A stretch of DNA of 64,000 nt from a virus (Duplodnaviria > Caudoviricetes): positions 152,705 through 216,704 of the IMG/VR virus record IMGVR_UViG_3300037295_000263; one strand, written 5' to 3'. Positions within the stretch are counted from its first letter, which is position 1; each line of letters opens with the position of its first letter. The notes beneath the pieces were generated by a model. The model saw only the letters and a program-made list of their open reading frames with translations, ran no database searches and was not told the DNA's origin. A program made the translations under genes and the position numbers. Below are positions 61,923 to 64,000 of the stretch, one piece after another.

Positions 61923-63056
61923 TCAGAATGAATGGCGCAAGCCAACTCCGACTGCTGTGCTTTTTACATCATTAATCATCAAGTAGTTGTTGGAATAACT
62001 AGCATAAGCATACGCGGCAGTACGCTTGCTGAACGCATACTCATAACCAACTGAGTAAATGCTCTGTGTGCCACTTGAATCCACAATTGCTGATCCAGTG
62101 GGAGTTGCCAACTGTACACTGCCAAACACTTTTTGGTTGCTGGCAACTGGAGCACTTAAACCGATCAAGTAGCTGTTGGCACCGTAACCGTTTTGATACA
62201 ATGCGCCACCGCCTGCCCAGTTGGAATCAACACCACTAACTGCTGATGGCAATGTTCCAACGATGGCACCACCACGTGTCTGACCGTATGCCAAGCTGGC
62301 TTTGACCACTTTAAAGTCATACGCACCGCCAATTAGCCACGACTTGGGTGTGCTGTTATTGCCTGTGCCCACGTTGGTAGCTGGCATAACTTGGTCGTAT
62401 GTTGCAGTAACTTGTACAGGACCATTTAGATAATTAACACCCAATGTCAATGCACGGGGATTGTTCATAGTGCCATAATTGGTTGTTGGACCAACAGCTA
62501 CACCACTGTCAACATAACCACTTGCTAGCCCTGAGTTGAAGCTGTAACCAGCACCTGCAGACAGTCCGTTCCATTCACCTGTTTGATACATCAACATGTT
62601 GCTGTAACGCAAGTTGCCTGTTGTACCAAATGTAGATCCTGAACCTGCTTGACCGTAGAACGTTGAGAATGGGTCAATAGATTGAAAGTATTTGGATGCC
62701 ATGTTGGTTTGACGACCTAAATCAACTTGACCGTAACGAGTATTTTTGATACCTAATGTAGCTTGTTGACCGAAGAAACTGTCTGTGCTAGTTTGACCAT
62801 TTGCCGCACTGAACTCACTGGCCAAGTTAAACACAACTGAGTTGCCATCACCCAGTGACTCACCACCTCGGATACCAAACACTGTGGGACGGCTGACACC
62901 ACTGGTCATGTCTAAGTTGCTGCCAACACCTTCGATGCCGCTGATGTTGTTGTATCCAACACCTACATCTACTGTGCCGTACAGTGTTACTTCTGCTTGT
63001 GCCACGGTTGCTGCTAATGCCGCAACTGTTGCCAAAGTTAGTTTACTAAATTTCAT
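61923..63056 (-). CDS. Gram-negative trimeric porin (Burkholderiales type)
   Basis: Signal peptide then VTLYGTVDVG, FGIRG.E.LG.G, GQVDLGRQ, YAFSKRT, C-terminal GLRHSF beta-signal. Confidence 0.92.
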   Translation of the reverse strand: MKFSKLTLATVAALAATVAQAEVTLYGTVDVGVGYNNISGIEGVGSNLDMTSGVSRPTVFGIRGGESLGDGNSVVFNLASEFSAANGQTSTDSFFGQQATLGIKNTRYGQVDLGRQTNMASKYFQSIDPFSTFYGQAGSGSTFGTTGNLRYSNMLMYQTGEWNGLSAGAGYSFNSGLASGYVDSGVAVGPTTNYGTMNNPRALTLGVNYLNGPVQVTATYDQVMPATNVGTGNNSTPKSWLIGGAYDFKVVKASLAYGQTRGGAIVGTLPSAVSGVDSNWAGGGALYQNGYGANSYLIGLSAPVASNQKVFGSVQLATPTGSAIVDSSGTQSIYSVGYEYAFSKRTAAYAYASYSNNYLMINDVKSTAVGVGLRHSF

Positions 63057-63175
63057 TTACTTCTCCTATAGGTTTTAAAACGTGTACTATTTAAACATAG
63101 TTGTTGATAAAAGTCAAGTTTCTGACAGCCATTCTCATGTGTGTATGAAATATTTCTAATTTTATATATATTCTT

Positions 63176-63784
63176 TTAAAAACTATATCCTAGGTAGTCG
63201 AGCTCGTCTTGATACATTCTTGCTATCATTTCTTTAGTTGTATTAGCATAGTATTGTTTATACCCGGGTTCCTTAGATTTTCTTTTATGATTCAATGTTA
63301 AATTTGGTAATCCTATGTCTTTACAAATTTTATCGAAATCTAATTGTAAATTTTCAAACCTAATTACATTATTGACAATTATCTTTCCATTTAACTTTAG
63401 ATAATCTAGTTGAGGCTTAGGCATACTAAAATTTTGTAATGGTATTGGTACAGTAGTTACTCCATTAACAAAACTAGTTTGCGATATTGCTCGATCAAAC
63501 GGATTTCTTACTACTGTAAATAGATAAAACGAAAATATATCGGAGCCCATCTGATTATATAGATCTTCTATGGATGCATGCATATATAAATCGGGATTCT
63601 CAAAATTCCTATAAACACTATTATGTATAGTAAAACCCTGGCGGCCATCTTCATTTAAAATATTGTACGGCGAAGTTGTAAACGTTATTTTATCTTCAGT
63701 AAAATCTTGTAGTGCATGAGTGACCGAAGTTCCGCCAGTTTTGGGAATATGTATGAAAATAAATTTGTGTTTAAATGATATCAT
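63176..63784 (-). CDS. Sulfotransferase family 2 protein
   Basis: FIHIPKTGGTS (5'PSB), VVRNPFDRAIS (3'PB), IRFENL..DF. Confidence 0.88.
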   Translation of the reverse strand: MISFKHKFIFIHIPKTGGTSVTHALQDFTEDKITFTTSPYNILNEDGRQGFTIHNSVYRNFENPDLYMHASIEDLYNQMGSDIFSFYLFTVVRNPFDRAISQTSFVNGVTTVPIPLQNFSMPKPQLDYLKLNGKIIVNNVIRFENLQLDFDKICKDIGLPNLTLNHKRKSKEPGYKQYYANTTKEMIARMYQDELDYLGYSF

Positions 63785-64000
63785 ACGTTATATATGCTAA
63801 CAGTGTGATTCGTGTATTATTTAGTAGGTTAGGGGATTTCTCCCCTAACTGTTTACTAGACTTTACCAAATGGTTAAAATTCTTGTTTAACGCCTTGTTC
63901 ACGATCTTGTGTTGCTTGAGCATGGCCTTTACGATATTTCCTGGCTTGTTTTTCTGATAGGCTGTCTAAATGAGCATTATCAAAGTTGCCATGATATCCA
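63771..64000 (-). CDS. Possible 3' end of an ORF running off the window
   Basis: One open frame (GYHGNFDNAHLDSLSENKPG...) from the window end; true stop uncertain. Confidence 0.3.

Noticed and set aside
1956-63957. Numerous 60-120-aa antisense or overlapping ORFs in the supplied track (e.g. 1956-2168, 3582-3857, 7974-8261, 16157-16453, 30323-30622, 32785-33075, 44679-45047, 56672-56869, 60227-60517)
   Set aside because: They are shadows of longer motif-bearing genes or of tRNA/ncRNA loci, with no RBS or recognisable motifs.
1-64000. Stop-codon reassignment
   Set aside because: Long genes are intact in code 11, TAA/TAG/TGA all end genes cleanly, and there is no suppressor tRNA (Trp has a CCA anticodon).
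1-64000. Bacterial chromosome or prophage origin
   Set aside because: Gene density, tail-fibre-like gene, Rnl1, T4-like hypothetical proteins, tRNA array and isolated host-like genes fit a lytic jumbo phage; no integrase or housekeeping operons were seen.

Overview
AT-rich 64 kb segment of a large (jumbo-type) tailed dsDNA phage read in the standard genetic code. The host is probably a Gram-negative betaproteobacterium, judged from the phage-encoded Burkholderiales-type porin and Bug/TctC proteins. Layout: (i) 1-21 kb, a dense tailoring-enzyme island (8 radical SAM ORFs, about 7 2OG-Fe(II)/cupin oxygenases, QueC-like PP-loop ATPase, tandem SDRs, PLP enzyme, amidinotransferase, GNAT-like, kinase-like, SGNH hydrolase, GT-like) next to a tail-fibre-like gene. 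(ii) 22-30 kb, small early genes, an RpoZ homologue with a structured leader, FabF and an AAA ATPase. (iii) 30-33.1 kb, a minus-strand tRNA array with 10 intact tRNAs, 3 aberrant tRNA-like genes and several long-stem hairpin cassettes, headed by a putative RelE/YafQ-like toxin-antitoxin pair. (iv) 34-43 kb, a second tailoring island (2 more radical SAMs, PP-loop ATPases, sulfotransferases, APS kinase, TctC), with short unannotated peptide ORFs directly downstream of a radical SAM gene, one containing a darobactin-like WEWSKSK motif. (v) 43-56 kb, RNA-repair genes (Rnl1, Pnk-like kinase, phosphoesterases), a dispersed small-protein family, hemO/pcyX-like bilin genes, clpS and rpsU. (vi) 56-64 kb, a ~450-nt structured non-coding region, rubrerythrin, a TctA/TctC/PP-loop cassette bounded by a 23-bp duplication of the ompA 3' end, ompA, a porin and a sulfotransferase. 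All family assignments come from motif recognition by eye; no database searches were run.
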